Positions 22,836 to 34,191 of a stretch of 64,000 nucleotides of DNA are shown here, in pieces. The notes below the pieces were generated by a model, which did no database searches, was not told where the DNA came from, and worked only from the letters and a program-made list of their open reading frames with translations. Position 1 is the first letter of the stretch; each line of letters starts with the position of its first letter. The stretch lies in assembly GCA_045159875.1 (NCBI GenBank), contig CP067995.1:1024001-1088000 (forward strand), written 5' to 3'. The DNA is from a cyanobacterium endosymbiont of Rhopalodia gibba (GTDB lineage: Bacteria; Cyanobacteriota; Cyanobacteriia; Cyanobacteriales; Microcystaceae). A program made the translations under genes and the position numbers.

Positions 22836-24946
22836 TTGGTAAGTTCATCTCAATTTCAACAAAAACTTGCTCAGTCCCGGTGTAAGTTAGATTTAGGAAG
22901 GTAGAAAAGTTAAGTACTTGACGATTTTTTTTTCATCATTACAATATAACATCTTGGAATATAAGTCGTTTATTTTTTAAATTAGCCTTAAAATCCTTTC
23001 CTAAACTTTCTGAATATTTTATCTTTGTCTATTGTGAACGTTTTCCGACCAATAAAGCGACGGAAAATGCTATAAGACTTTCTCTAGATATGAGACATAT
23101 ACTAGAAAAATATAGCAATTACTAATCATTTATCGCTGAGAATTGCATGATTTTTGTGAAGTGACTTGAGCCAGGATTTTTTCACCCTGATTGTTTCATA
23201 CGCTGGGTATGTTCATCAACTAAATGGGTTATAAAAGGAGAAGCAACGATAACTGCGGTAATGTTACCTGAACATTTAGCTAAAGTAACTAAATTTTATC
23301 GATATTATCTGATTATTTCTAGGAAAATGTAAGTTTTTTTGTCGAAAGATAGCTAAGCTTTATGTATTAGTTGATTAAATCTGATTAATTGTTAATCTTA
23401 ATAATTAGAAATTAATTGTTAAATTAATCTTAAAATATCTAGTTGTACCGAACCTGTAATGTGAATATAAAATTTATCAAAACAAAGTTTTGTTATAAAA
23501 TTGTAAAAAACGTTAATTTTAATTATGTAAATAGTATTGCAGCTGGTGTTGTATTTAAATTAAATTATGCTAGGCTAAACGGCTTTACTCATCTTATAAA
23601 GTGCTCAGCTCAGTTTAATATTAATGAATGAGATTCTAAATCAAGCAAGGCTGACTATCAGTCATTATCAGATTTTAAATGAAATAGGTAGAGTTAAATT
23701 TATCTAAGAATAGACACAATAGCAGCTTATATTTATTGTAATTTAACTATTAGAGATTTGCCTTGAACATAAAAAGCTACCTTTCTTAGGATAAATTGTC
23801 GTTAAATCAGATGCAATAACTTTAGCAACATATTTGTAACTTTTAGTGCTATGCCACTTGTAGTTAGGAATATTATTCTATAATAATACTATTTTAAACT
23901 ATTAAAGTTTACCGATTGATTTACCAACTTTGTCGAAGTTTTTAGCCCTGGATTAAGTAGTTTGTAATTAATAGCATGATAACCATAGCTACACATTCTT
24001 AGCAACTAAAGAATAATAAGTGTAGATGTCTTAAATTCCTAGTTAATTAAAATAAAAAATTATTTTCTTTACTTTATTTGAATTAAATTTTACATTTAAT
24101 TTCATGAGTAGAAGTTAAAATATCTATTTTTTGAGCTTAATCAAATTCATTAGTGATTTTAGTTAAAAATATTTTATATTTTTATTGAAAACTTATATCT
24201 TTCAATAAATAAAATTTAAGTTGAGAATAATTAACGCTGATTTTTCAGTCCTTTTTTGGATAGTTTTTTTTATAGTCTTAAACTATATTTAATTTAAAAT
24301 TTTAAATTAAAACTATGATAATTTATATTGGTAAATATTGCGTATAAATCTCATAATAAATATTTTTTGTTGTATTTTTTTTAAAATTTTTTAATAAAAA
24401 TATTTTTTATATTCTATATCTCTATTTAAAATAATATACATCTTTTGTCCTTTATTTTAAATCATAAGACTATTTTAATTTTTATCTTAATCTTGACTAT
24501 AGAGTAATAATTGAGATCTAAAGCGATTGACAATGATAATTCCATTAGATCATTGTTGACTGTTAAAATAGTCTCAGAAAGAAAAAAGTTCTATAAATAA
24601 ATTTAGTTGACATAAAATATGCTAATTACATCACAACAAAGAATATAAAATTACTAATTTTTAACTTTTACTATGTGTATAAAATAATGAGTTATAATCT
24701 TCATTACTTTATTATGTATCCATACTATAAATTTCTAATTTTTGGAAATCAATCACCTAGATTATTTCTTTTTTTTACAGAAAAAGACAGTTAATTTATT
24801 TAAATAAGTTACCCCTCTTAAGGGTATAAAAGTAACAGGTTCCTTCTATTTTATTAGTTGCTCTGGTGGAACTTCCCTAGGATAGAATAGGTCGTCTATA
24901 GTCTGAAAGTATAATTGCTGTTTGTAAGAATTAAGGAGTATAGTTA

Positions 24947-26002
24947 ATGAGCAAATTACGGGTAGGTCTATTGTTCGGGGGACGCTCAGGAGAACATGAA
25001 GTTTCTATTAAGTCTGCGAAGGCAATCGCAACAGCCTTAAGCACTGCACAGAACTACCTAAAATACGAAGTATTCCCCGTATATATTCAACAAAATGGAG
25101 TTTGGCAAGCAGGAAATACCGCACAACAGATACTCAGTCAAGAAACTTCCTTACCCTGTAAACATGCAACCAAACAACAATTATGGCAATTTCCCCCCCA
25201 AGTGAGTGAAGTAGATGTTTGGTTTCCCATTCTTCACGGACCAAATGGAGAAGATGGGACGGTACAAGGGTTATTGACTTTAATGCAAACTCCTTTTGTA
25301 GGGAGTGGGGTTTTAGGAGCATCCATAGGCATGGATAAGATTGCCATGAGAATGATCTTCGCTCAGGTAGGATTACCCCAAGTTGAATATATTCCGGTAG
25401 ACCGGGCTGATATCTGGTCTAATCCCTGTGGTTTTCCAAAACTTTGCGACAAAATTGAAGAAGCTATAACTTATCCTTGTTTTGTAAAGCCTGCTAACTT
25501 AGGGTCATCTGTAGGAATTTCTAAGGTGCGATCACGTTCAGAACTTGAAGCAGCCTTGGATGATGCAGCAGGTTACGACAGACGCATTATCGTTGAAACA
25601 GGAGTAACTGCTAGAGAAGTTGAATGTGCGGTTTTTGGCAATAAAAACCCCAAAGCGTCGGTGATTGGAGAAATTACTTATAATACTGATTTTTACAATT
25701 ATGAGGCGAAATATACAGATGGCAAGGCGCAATTATGTATTCCTGCTCAACTTCCTGACCACATTATTACTCAAATTCAAGAAATGGCTGTCCTTGCGTT
25801 TACTGCAATAGATGGAGCAGGACTAGCTCGGGTAGACTTTTTCTATATAGAAGATAGCCAAGAAGTGTTTGTCAATGAAATTAACACCCTTCCAGGGTTT
25901 ACTATTTTTAGTATGTATCCCCGACTGTGGAAAGCAACTGGAGTTTCTTTCCCTGAATTAGTCGATCAATTGATTCAATTAGCATTAGAAAGAAATAATT
26001 GA
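24947..26002 (+). CDS. ddl: D-alanine--D-alanine ligase
   Basis: [38 protein letters not shown]. Confidence 0.98.
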   Translation: MSKLRVGLLFGGRSGEHEVSIKSAKAIATALSTAQNYLKYEVFPVYIQQNGVWQAGNTAQQILSQETSLPCKHATKQQLWQFPPQVSEVDVWFPILHGPNGEDGTVQGLLTLMQTPFVGSGVLGASIGMDKIAMRMIFAQVGLPQVEYIPVDRADIWSNPCGFPKLCDKIEEAITYPCFVKPANLGSSVGISKVRSRSELEAALDDAAGYDRRIIVETGVTAREVECAVFGNKNPKASVIGEITYNTDFYNYEAKYTDGKAQLCIPAQLPDHIITQIQEMAVLAFTAIDGAGLARVDFFYIEDSQEVFVNEINTLPGFTIFSMYPRLWKATGVSFPELVDQLIQLALERNN

Positions 26003-26667
26003 GAGACTACTTATTAAGAAAACCTTCAGGAAAGTACATTAGAAAAATTCTTGTTATGACGAGATAAAGTAGACTGTAGTCTTTATTAAACTGTGATGTA
26101 GTATACATACAGTTTTTTATATATTGTGCTGCACTAATACACCCGACAGCTCTCTTAAGATTTACTTTATAAAAAGTCTCTGATACTTTCACTACTGATT
26201 TAAGAGCCAATGAGAAGAAAGAATTTATAATATTGACTATGATTGAATTAACTTTCGATGAATATCCTAGACAATAGGATAAGATAAAAAGAAAATTTTA
26301 ATTAATTAAAGATTTGTTAAAATGGGCTATTAGAGTCTCTAAAAATGTTCCTAGATTTTTAGTTACAGTATTTTATAAAAAAAATAAACATTCATAATTC
26401 AATTATTTATTTAAATGATATTTAAACTCAAACTATCATCTAAGCAGGAATGGAAAAGGTCGTATTTCTAATGTCAGTTTAGCAATTAAAGAGTTACAGT
26501 TGACTGCAGTAGCAATTCTTTATCCTTTCACAATTAAAATAAAAAGTTAAATTAATAATAACTATTATTATCTTTGTTCAATTTTGATATTCGCTCTTAA
26601 TTGATAAGAACACAGCCACAAAATATTGTGCTATCGTGCTTTATTTCCTATATTCTTTAGGCTCTAA

Positions 26668-27306
26668 TTACGTTATTAGAATCTTTCTAATCTTTTCGAC
26701 CCAAGAATTAATCCGATCGCAATTGAGGCGATAATTTAGAGGATGAGCAATTAAATGAGCGGTACTTTCAAACAACGTATCAATTTCCACTAAGCCATTT
26801 TGTTTCAACGTTTTTCCGGTAGAAACTAAGTCTACAATTGCTTCTGACATTCCGGTTATAGGTCCTAATTCAACTGATCCATAAAGGGTGATAATTTCTA
26901 TGGGTAAATTTAAATTATGAAAATAGTTTTTAGCACAATTAACGAATTTGGAAGCTACTTTTCCATGAGGAGGAAGATCCACAGTCCGTTTATAAGGACT
27001 AGCCTGAGAGACTGCAACAGACATTCGACAATAGCCAAAAGTCAGATCTACTAAATCCGCCACTACGGGAGTTTTTTCTAATAATAAATCATAGCCAACA
27101 ATACCTAATTGGGCTTGTCCGTATTCAACATAAACTGGAACATCTGTTGCCCGAACTAATAATGCTTTAGCAGTATTAGTAGAGTCTATAATTTGCAATT
27201 GACGATTTTTGGGGTCGAGAAAAGTACCAAAATCTAATCCAATCTTTTGGAAAAGTTTGATACTGTCGGACAGAAGTGCACCTTTTGGGATGGCAACAGT
27301 TAACAT
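26668..27306 (-). CDS. hisG: ATP phosphoribosyltransferase, short form
   Basis: AIPKG, DVPVYVEYG, GSVELGP..IVDLVSTGKTL. Confidence 0.97.
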   Translation of the reverse strand: MLTVAIPKGALLSDSIKLFQKIGLDFGTFLDPKNRQLQIIDSTNTAKALLVRATDVPVYVEYGQAQLGIVGYDLLLEKTPVVADLVDLTFGYCRMSVAVSQASPYKRTVDLPPHGKVASKFVNCAKNYFHNLNLPIEIITLYGSVELGPITGMSEAIVDLVSTGKTLKQNGLVEIDTLFESTAHLIAHPLNYRLNCDRINSWVEKIRKILIT

Positions 27307-27439
27307 AGACTATTAATTGTAATTAATAGTTAAATCTTCTCACATATTTTTTGAGTTTAGGATATTTTTTTACAGAAAATTTAATAATCTATTGTTGGTT
27401 AAGGAGAAAAAATGGATAAAATAAATAATAGAAATAGAG

Positions 27440-28192
27440 TTAGGAAAAATCATACAATTGGTACTGAACCCCTGTTTCAAAAATCCTAACTCCACCCCCT
27501 TCAGCAACTGTCTGTCGCAAAGCGTTGGGATCAACAACAGTCACCCCTGCAAGGTAATCTATCCCAAATTCAGCTAACTCTGCTAACCAAGGAACTGTCG
27601 GTCCCATTAACACTAATTTTGCATCCCTAGAAAGTTCTACTAAGCGAGGAAAAGTTTTATTAGGGATAGAAGTCCCCGTTAGAAATACCCAGTCAGACTC
27701 GGGTAATAAGTATTCTGATGCAGGTGCGGGAAAGTCGCCAGGACTTGGTTTGAGTTCAATTATATTAATTGTCATTTCAGTTTTGTAACGGTTTAATCCT
27801 GGGTAGCGTCCAATGACTGAAACCCGTTTTCCTCTCAATTGGGGGAGGAAATGCTCAAAGACTGCTAAATTAGCTGGGCCAGATGAAAAAACGGGCTGGC
27901 TTATTTCCGAAAGGTTAGACTGAGAATTGATCACAGCATTAATTGCAGCCATTCCAATTGTTGCTTGATAAGGATCCCAAGATCGCAACCAAGGGGCTAC
28001 ATCTGCTATAGTCTGATTGACTAAAGTTCCTGACCAGGAAAGGGTACGTGTCGGAATAGTCGGACTCATACACAGTCCAATTTTTTTACTATGACAAATG
28101 GTCCAGGTTAAACCGATGATAACCTCTTGGATAGGTGTAGTGTTGGTTCCATAATCTAGAAGTAAATCGTAAATTTCTTTAGGATTGATCAT
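27440..28192 (-). CDS. DUF364 family Rossmann-like protein (probable ATG 28192; ORF extends to 28213)
   Basis: [58 protein letters not shown]. Confidence 0.75.
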   Translation of the reverse strand: MINPKEIYDLLLDYGTNTTPIQEVIIGLTWTICHSKKIGLCMSPTIPTRTLSWSGTLVNQTIADVAPWLRSWDPYQATIGMAAINAVINSQSNLSEISQPVFSSGPANLAVFEHFLPQLRGKRVSVIGRYPGLNRYKTEMTINIIELKPSPGDFPAPASEYLLPESDWVFLTGTSIPNKTFPRLVELSRDAKLVLMGPTVPWLAELAEFGIDYLAGVTVVDPNALRQTVAEGGGVRIFETGVQYQLYDFS

Positions 28193-28318
28193 TTTAGAGT
28201 AAGTAGGGGACATGTACAGAATAATCTAAAAAAATACCTCCTGCTTACGATGCCTCCCAAAAAGATTAAAATGTGGAGTTCCAGTGATAGGATAACAAGT
28301 GCGCTCGCTGGTGAATGT

Positions 28319-29302
28319 ATGGCAGAAACTTTATTATTTAACGCACTCCGTCAAGCCATTGATGAAGAAATGGCATCTGACAAGACAGTCTTTGTTTTAG
28401 GAGAAGATGTAGGCCACTATGGCGGTTCCTACAAGGTAACAAAAGATCTCTACAAAAAGTATGGAGATCTAAGGGTCCTCGATACTCCGATTGCTGAAAA
28501 TAGCTTTACGGGAATGGCTGTTGGTGCTGCTATGACAGGGCTACGCCCCATTATAGAAGGGATGAACATGGGTTTTTTACTACTAGCTTTTAATCAAATT
28601 TCTAACAATGCAGGGATGTTGCGATATACCTCTGGAGGAAACTTCAAAATTCCGATGGTCATTCGTGGTCCAGGGGGTGTAGGACGGCAGTTAGGAGCTG
28701 AACACTCTCAACGCCTCGAAGCCTATTTTCATGCGGTTCCTGGGCTTAAAATTGTTGCCTGTTCTACTCCTTACAATGCGAAGGGACTCCTTAAAGCAGC
28801 TATCCGAGATGAAAATCCTGTTCTGTTTTTTGAACACGTTCTTCTTTATAATCTTAAAGAGAAACTTCCTGATACAGAATATACAGTGCCCTTGGATAAG
28901 GCCGAAATCGTCCGATCTGGGAAAGATGTCACTGTATTAACTTACTCTAGAATGCGTCATCATTGTCTTCAAGCGTTGAAAAAATTAGAATCCGAAGGGT
29001 ATGACCCCGAAATTATTGACTTAATTTCCCTCAAACCCTTTGACTTAGAAACCATTGGAAATTCTATTAGTAAAACCCATCGGGTAATTATTGTGGAAGA
29101 ATGCATGAAAACAGGAGGAATTGCTGCTGAATTAATTGCTCTAATTAATGATAATTTCTTTGACGAATTGGATGCCCCTGTCATTCGCTTATCATCCCAA
29201 GATATCCCTACCCCCTACAACGGCAAGCTAGAAAATCTAACTATTGTTCAACCTCATAAAATTGTTGAAGCAGTGCAGAAAATAGTTGCATTGCAGGTTT
29301 AA
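28319..29302 (+). CDS. pdhB: Pyruvate dehydrogenase E1 beta subunit
   Basis: [34 protein letters not shown]. Confidence 0.98.
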   Translation: MAETLLFNALRQAIDEEMASDKTVFVLGEDVGHYGGSYKVTKDLYKKYGDLRVLDTPIAENSFTGMAVGAAMTGLRPIIEGMNMGFLLLAFNQISNNAGMLRYTSGGNFKIPMVIRGPGGVGRQLGAEHSQRLEAYFHAVPGLKIVACSTPYNAKGLLKAAIRDENPVLFFEHVLLYNLKEKLPDTEYTVPLDKAEIVRSGKDVTVLTYSRMRHHCLQALKKLESEGYDPEIIDLISLKPFDLETIGNSISKTHRVIIVEECMKTGGIAAELIALINDNFFDELDAPVIRLSSQDIPTPYNGKLENLTIVQPHKIVEAVQKIVALQV

Positions 29303-29374
29303 ATGTAAGGGAAAGACTGGGAGTTCATTTTTTACGGTACTGCCCCTCTTCTCTAACTTCATAAAGGAATCATT

Positions 29375-30787
29375 ATGCAACAACAGCGTTTAGTCCTTGG
29401 TTTGATTGCCGCCCTGACTATTGGGGCAATCGCCATTTTAGTAGTTATTCCCCTACAATTAGGGTTAGACCTTAAAGGAGGGGCGCAGTTAACCATTCAA
29501 GTTAAACCCACCGACAAGATTCAAAACATCAGTCCAGAAGACTTGGAAACACAAAAAGTTGTGTTAGGGAATAGGGTTAATGCTTTGGGGGTAGCTGAAC
29601 CCATTGTGCAAACCTTGGGACAAGATAAAATTGTTATCCAGTTACCAGGAGTTACTGATTCTCAACAGGCAGAGCGGGTGTTAGGGGGGACCGCCCAATT
29701 GGAGTTTCGAGAACAAAAACAAGGAACTGAAGGTCAGTTTCAAGCAGAATTTACAATTAAACGACAATTAGAAGTAGAATTAGCAGTTCTAAGACGGGAT
29801 GGCATATTAGATGAAAATGCCGAACGTGTTGTGGAACTAACTCAATCTATTGGACAATCGAACCTTGCCATCTTAGATTTGTTTAAATCAGTCGGTTTAA
29901 CCGGAAAAAATCTTAACAATGCTCGTCCTAGTCCCACCCAAGCAGGAACTAGTTGGGAGGTAGCTATCGAATTTGATAATGACGGGGGCAAAAAGTTCGC
30001 CGAACTCACGAAAAATCTGGCGGGAACTGGTCGTAGTATTGGAATTTTTTTAGATGATACCCTAATTAGTGCACCAATTGTAGGTGTGGAGTTTGCTAAC
30101 ACTGGGATTACGGGAGGTAGTGCTGTCATTACAGGGAATTTTACTATTGATAGTGCCAATGACCTCGCCGTTCAAATTCGCGGAGGATCTTTACCATTTC
30201 CGGTAGAAGTGGTAGAAAACCGTACTGTCGGGGCAACTTTAGGGAAAGAAAGCATCCGAAGCAGTATTTATGCTGGGGTGGCTGGGTTAATTCTTGTGTT
30301 AATCTTCATGGCAGTTTATTATCGTCTTCCCGGGATGATTGCTAATTTGGCCTTGGGGATTTATACCCTATACACCTTGGCCTTTTACGCTTTGATTGGC
30401 GTTACCTTAACGTTACCTGGAATTGCTGGATTTATCTTAAGTATTGGCATGGCTGTGGATGCAAATGTACTGATTTTTGAGCGAACTCGTGAAGAATTGC
30501 GCTCTGGAAATAGTTTATATCGTTCCGTAGAATTTGGATTTAATCGTGCATTTTCGAGTATTTTGGATAGCAATGTCACTACTTTGATTGCTTGCAGTGC
30601 CTTGTTTGGATTAGGGTCAGGATTGGTTAAAGGATTTGCTCTCACCCTTGGTATTGGCGTATTGATAAGTATGTTTACGGCAGTTACTTGTAGCCGAACT
30701 CTTTCACTATTAATGGTATTAGGATTGCCCTCAGTTCGTAAAAAACCTGAATTATTTTGTCCTAATTTACCCAAAAACGTTAATTAG
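29375..30787 (+). CDS. secD: Protein translocase subunit SecD
   Basis: LGLDLKGG, VGATLG, TLPGIAG..GMAVDANVLIFER. Confidence 0.98.
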   Translation: MQQQRLVLGLIAALTIGAIAILVVIPLQLGLDLKGGAQLTIQVKPTDKIQNISPEDLETQKVVLGNRVNALGVAEPIVQTLGQDKIVIQLPGVTDSQQAERVLGGTAQLEFREQKQGTEGQFQAEFTIKRQLEVELAVLRRDGILDENAERVVELTQSIGQSNLAILDLFKSVGLTGKNLNNARPSPTQAGTSWEVAIEFDNDGGKKFAELTKNLAGTGRSIGIFLDDTLISAPIVGVEFANTGITGGSAVITGNFTIDSANDLAVQIRGGSLPFPVEVVENRTVGATLGKESIRSSIYAGVAGLILVLIFMAVYYRLPGMIANLALGIYTLYTLAFYALIGVTLTLPGIAGFILSIGMAVDANVLIFERTREELRSGNSLYRSVEFGFNRAFSSILDSNVTTLIACSALFGLGSGLVKGFALTLGIGVLISMFTAVTCSRTLSLLMVLGLPSVRKKPELFCPNLPKNVN

Positions 30788-30898
30788 TTTTTTCCTTAAA
30801 TTAAATTTACTAGTGTGAACCTCAAGGGAAAAGAGGAAAAAATTTTGTTAATGAACTTCCTCACTGTTGCATTCTACTAATTTATTAATGACCAAACA

Positions 30899-31828
30899 AT
30901 GAAATTACATATTCTTAAATGGGAACGCTTATGGTGGTCGATTTCAGCACTTCTTATTTTTAGTGGAATCATCGCGATGGTAATTTCCTATTCCACCTTC
31001 AATTCGCCTGTACGTCCAGGAATAGACTTTATTGGGGGAACTCGACTACAGTTACAATTAGTCTGTGCGGAAGAAGAAACCTGTGACCAGTCCATCGATA
31101 CAGGGAAAGTCCGAGAAATTTTGGTTCAACAGGGCTTGAATGGTAGTATTCAGGTATTAGAAAACAACATTCTATCAATTAGGAGTAAAAATCTCGACGT
31201 TGACCAACGCACTCAGTTACAACAAGTTTTAAACGAAAAGGTTGGACAATTTGACCCTGAGACTATTCAAATTGATACAGTAGGTCCGACAGTGGGAGGA
31301 GAGTTATTTAAATCGGGAATTCTAGCCTTGTTAGTAGCTTTCTTTGGAATCATTGTCTATCTTACTGTTCGCTTTCAATTCGACTATGCCTTCTTTGCAA
31401 TTATTGCTCTTCTTCATGATGTTTTCATTACGATGGGAGTCTTTGCTGTGTTAGGGTTAATCACAGAAATTGAAGTTGATAGTCTATCTTTGGTCGCTTT
31501 ATTAACAATTATTGGATTCTCGGTTAATGATACAGTGGTCATTTATGATCGCATTCGAGACAATATAGACAAAAAGCCTGACATCTCCATTAACGAGATA
31601 GTAGAAACTTCCGTTAACCAAAGTCTTGCCCGTTCCATTAATACTAGTGTTACTACCATATTACCGTTATTAGCTATTTTCCTATTTGGGGGAGAAACCC
31701 TAAAATATTTTTCCCTCGCCTTAATTATTGGCTTTCTTGCTGGGGCTTATTCTAGTATTTTTATTGCTAGTACCTTATTAGCTTGGTGGCGTAACCGTAC
31801 ACTTTCTTCTTCTTCGGTAGAATTTTAA
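30899..31828 (+). CDS. secF: Protein translocase subunit SecF
   Basis: GIDFIGGT, VGPTVG, GFSVNDTVVIYDRIR, RSINTS. Confidence 0.98.
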   Translation: MKLHILKWERLWWSISALLIFSGIIAMVISYSTFNSPVRPGIDFIGGTRLQLQLVCAEEETCDQSIDTGKVREILVQQGLNGSIQVLENNILSIRSKNLDVDQRTQLQQVLNEKVGQFDPETIQIDTVGPTVGGELFKSGILALLVAFFGIIVYLTVRFQFDYAFFAIIALLHDVFITMGVFAVLGLITEIEVDSLSLVALLTIIGFSVNDTVVIYDRIRDNIDKKPDISINEIVETSVNQSLARSINTSVTTILPLLAIFLFGGETLKYFSLALIIGFLAGAYSSIFIASTLLAWWRNRTLSSSSVEF

Positions 31829-31837
31829 AGTAAATCA

Positions 31838-33190
31838 CTAACTCAATTCTTGACAAAGTTTTCGAAAATGATCACCACGATGTTCAAAACTCTGATACTG
31901 ATCAAAACTGGCGCAAGCGGGAGAAAACAATACTACTTTTACCTTCTGTTTTTGCCCTAATTCTAATCCTCGTTTAACAGCATTTTCTAGAGTTTCTACT
32001 ATTTCATAGGTTTCATATCCCGACTCTTTTAACTCTTGAGAAAATATTTCAGCCGCTTCTCCAATTAACAGAACTGTAGAAACTTTTTTTTTAATTTGTT
32101 TAATCCAACGGTCATTGTCCCCTTTTTTCACTTTTCCCCCCGCAACTAAAATTACTGGAGATTTGACAGAAACTAAGCCAACTTCTGCTGCATCATAATT
32201 GGTTGCCTTACTATCATTAATAAAGTCAATTCCCCGCACATTACAAATTAATTCTAAGCGGTGAGGAACTCCTTTAAATTCAGAAATTGCCTGAGCTATC
32301 ACACCTTTTTCAACCCCTGCTAATCGTGCTGCTCCCACTGCCATTAATAAATTTTGTTGATTGTGAGAACCCACCATTTTAAAGAGATTCAAAGGCGCGA
32401 TTAATTCCCCAAAAGCAACTATCCAATTATCTTGAATATAGATTCCCTTAGAAGTATTGCAGAGTAAATGCTCTTTTCCTTTAGTAGTTGTCCAATAGGC
32501 ATCGGCCCATTGATGTAATCCCACTTGATGTAAATAAGGGTCATCTCCATTAAGGATTTGATATTCGCACCGATGTAGGATAGATGCTTTGATAGCATAA
32601 TAATTATCTAGAGTTTTGTGACGGTCAAGATGATCAGCGGTAAAAGTTGTCCAAATACCGATTTTGGGGGCTAATCTTCTCAGAGACTCTCCTTGATAAC
32701 TACTAACTTCAGCTATAATCCAATCAAATTTTTCTGAAGATAGAACAAGTTCGCAAGCGGCATAGCCAATGTTACCGCAAGAGGGTGCACTAAGTCCTGA
32801 TGTTTGAAAAATTGACGCGGTTAAAGCAGTGGTGGTAGTTTTTCCATTAGTTCCCGTAATTCCTACCCAAGGAAACCGGTGTAAATATCTCCAAGCTAAT
32901 TCCAATTCTCCAATAACATCAATACCGTGAACGCGCGCTTCTAGCAAAAAAGGAATATCTAAAGAAACTCCTGGACTAACTACAATTAAGTCAGGTGAGT
33001 TTGTCGCCATCAATGTTAGTTCATGTCCCAATTTAACCGTGATCCCTTCTTGTTCTAATATTTGTCGGGTTTGTTGTAGGGGTAAAGAGTCAGCGCGATC
33101 ACTCAGAACTACTTCCCATCCATCTGTTTTCAGTACTCTGGCTGCGGCAATTCCTGATCTTCCCAGTCCTATAATATAAGCAATGGCCAT
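31838..33190 (-). CDS. murD: UDP-N-acetylmuramoyl-L-alanine--D-glutamate ligase (probable ATG 33190)
   Basis: IIGLGRSG, GITGTNGKTTT, NDSKATN, SPACASFDQY. Confidence 0.97.
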   Translation of the reverse strand: MAIAYIIGLGRSGIAAARVLKTDGWEVVLSDRADSLPLQQTRQILEQEGITVKLGHELTLMATNSPDLIVVSPGVSLDIPFLLEARVHGIDVIGELELAWRYLHRFPWVGITGTNGKTTTTALTASIFQTSGLSAPSCGNIGYAACELVLSSEKFDWIIAEVSSYQGESLRRLAPKIGIWTTFTADHLDRHKTLDNYYAIKASILHRCEYQILNGDDPYLHQVGLHQWADAYWTTTKGKEHLLCNTSKGIYIQDNWIVAFGELIAPLNLFKMVGSHNQQNLLMAVGAARLAGVEKGVIAQAISEFKGVPHRLELICNVRGIDFINDSKATNYDAAEVGLVSVKSPVILVAGGKVKKGDNDRWIKQIKKKVSTVLLIGEAAEIFSQELKESGYETYEIVETLENAVKRGLELGQKQKVKVVLFSPACASFDQYQSFEHRGDHFRKLCQELS

Positions 33191-34191
33191 AAGCCTAATG
33201 TTACACCTATTCCTGATTAAAGTAGTCTTGATCTTATCAAAATAACTATCATTTTTCAGCAATACTATTCAAGTGTTTTTTCTGATTAACTAATTAATGA
33301 CTAATATACTACCAATAACCAAAAAGTAAAATAACAAAAAACAACCTGAAAATCTTAATAATTTCTAATCTACTACTCCTATTCTAGGTCAAAAAATTTA
33401 GATTTATTTTATTTTTAAATTAAATATTTAAATATTTATTTCTTTAGCCATAAAACCTTTAAAAACTTAATGATCAATCAAAAAAGTAAAATTACTGTTA
33501 TTTTTTTAATTGTTTAGAATTAAAAAATAAAAGAATATTTTGGGGTAAAAAAAGATAAATTGTATCCTTAAGCCTCTTAATAAGATAAAGATACTAGTTA
33601 AAACTGACATTTAATCGAAAATAAGCTTTTTATAAAAAGTTAAAAAATAATATGAGGAAAAACAATTTGTTTACTCATATTATGTGCGACTATAGATTGG
33701 TTTAAACTGTATAGTTATTTCTATTAACGTCAACAAAGAGATTATTATTTATAAGTAATTTAAGCATTAGTGTAGTCGTCAATTTTTCAGCAGACTTAGT
33801 AACCTGTTATAGAGGAAAAGAAAAATTGCCATTTTTTACCAGATATTTATGATAATAGAGGAAATACCTAGCAGAAATTAATATAACAACAGGTAAACGC
33901 GGTAACAATTCCATATGATTTCTTATCTGTACAATAATCATGTTACCATGAGTCTAGGGGCGGTAGCTACGATTTTGAGCCAGGGAAGCATCACTAAAAA
34001 GGTTGATAACTAAGACGGATAGAGCTTTTGTATTAAACTAAGGAACGTAGACGTAATCACATTATCTGTGCTTTATGTAAAGTTGAGTAGACTGCCCTTA
34101 AATTTTTCAGTTAACTTTGGCACCATAAACAACATTTAGTTACATCTTAAAAACAGAAGTTTTTTTATCTACTATTCTATTAAGTTAAGTT

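Noticed and set aside
23000..24900. Possible pseudogene(s), including ORF 23443-23631
   Set aside because: No recognisable motif in any frame I could read
26007..26600. ORF 26007-26210 and neighbouring debris; likewise the small ORFs at 37377 and 49707
   Set aside because: Low-complexity AT-rich ORFs without homology cues
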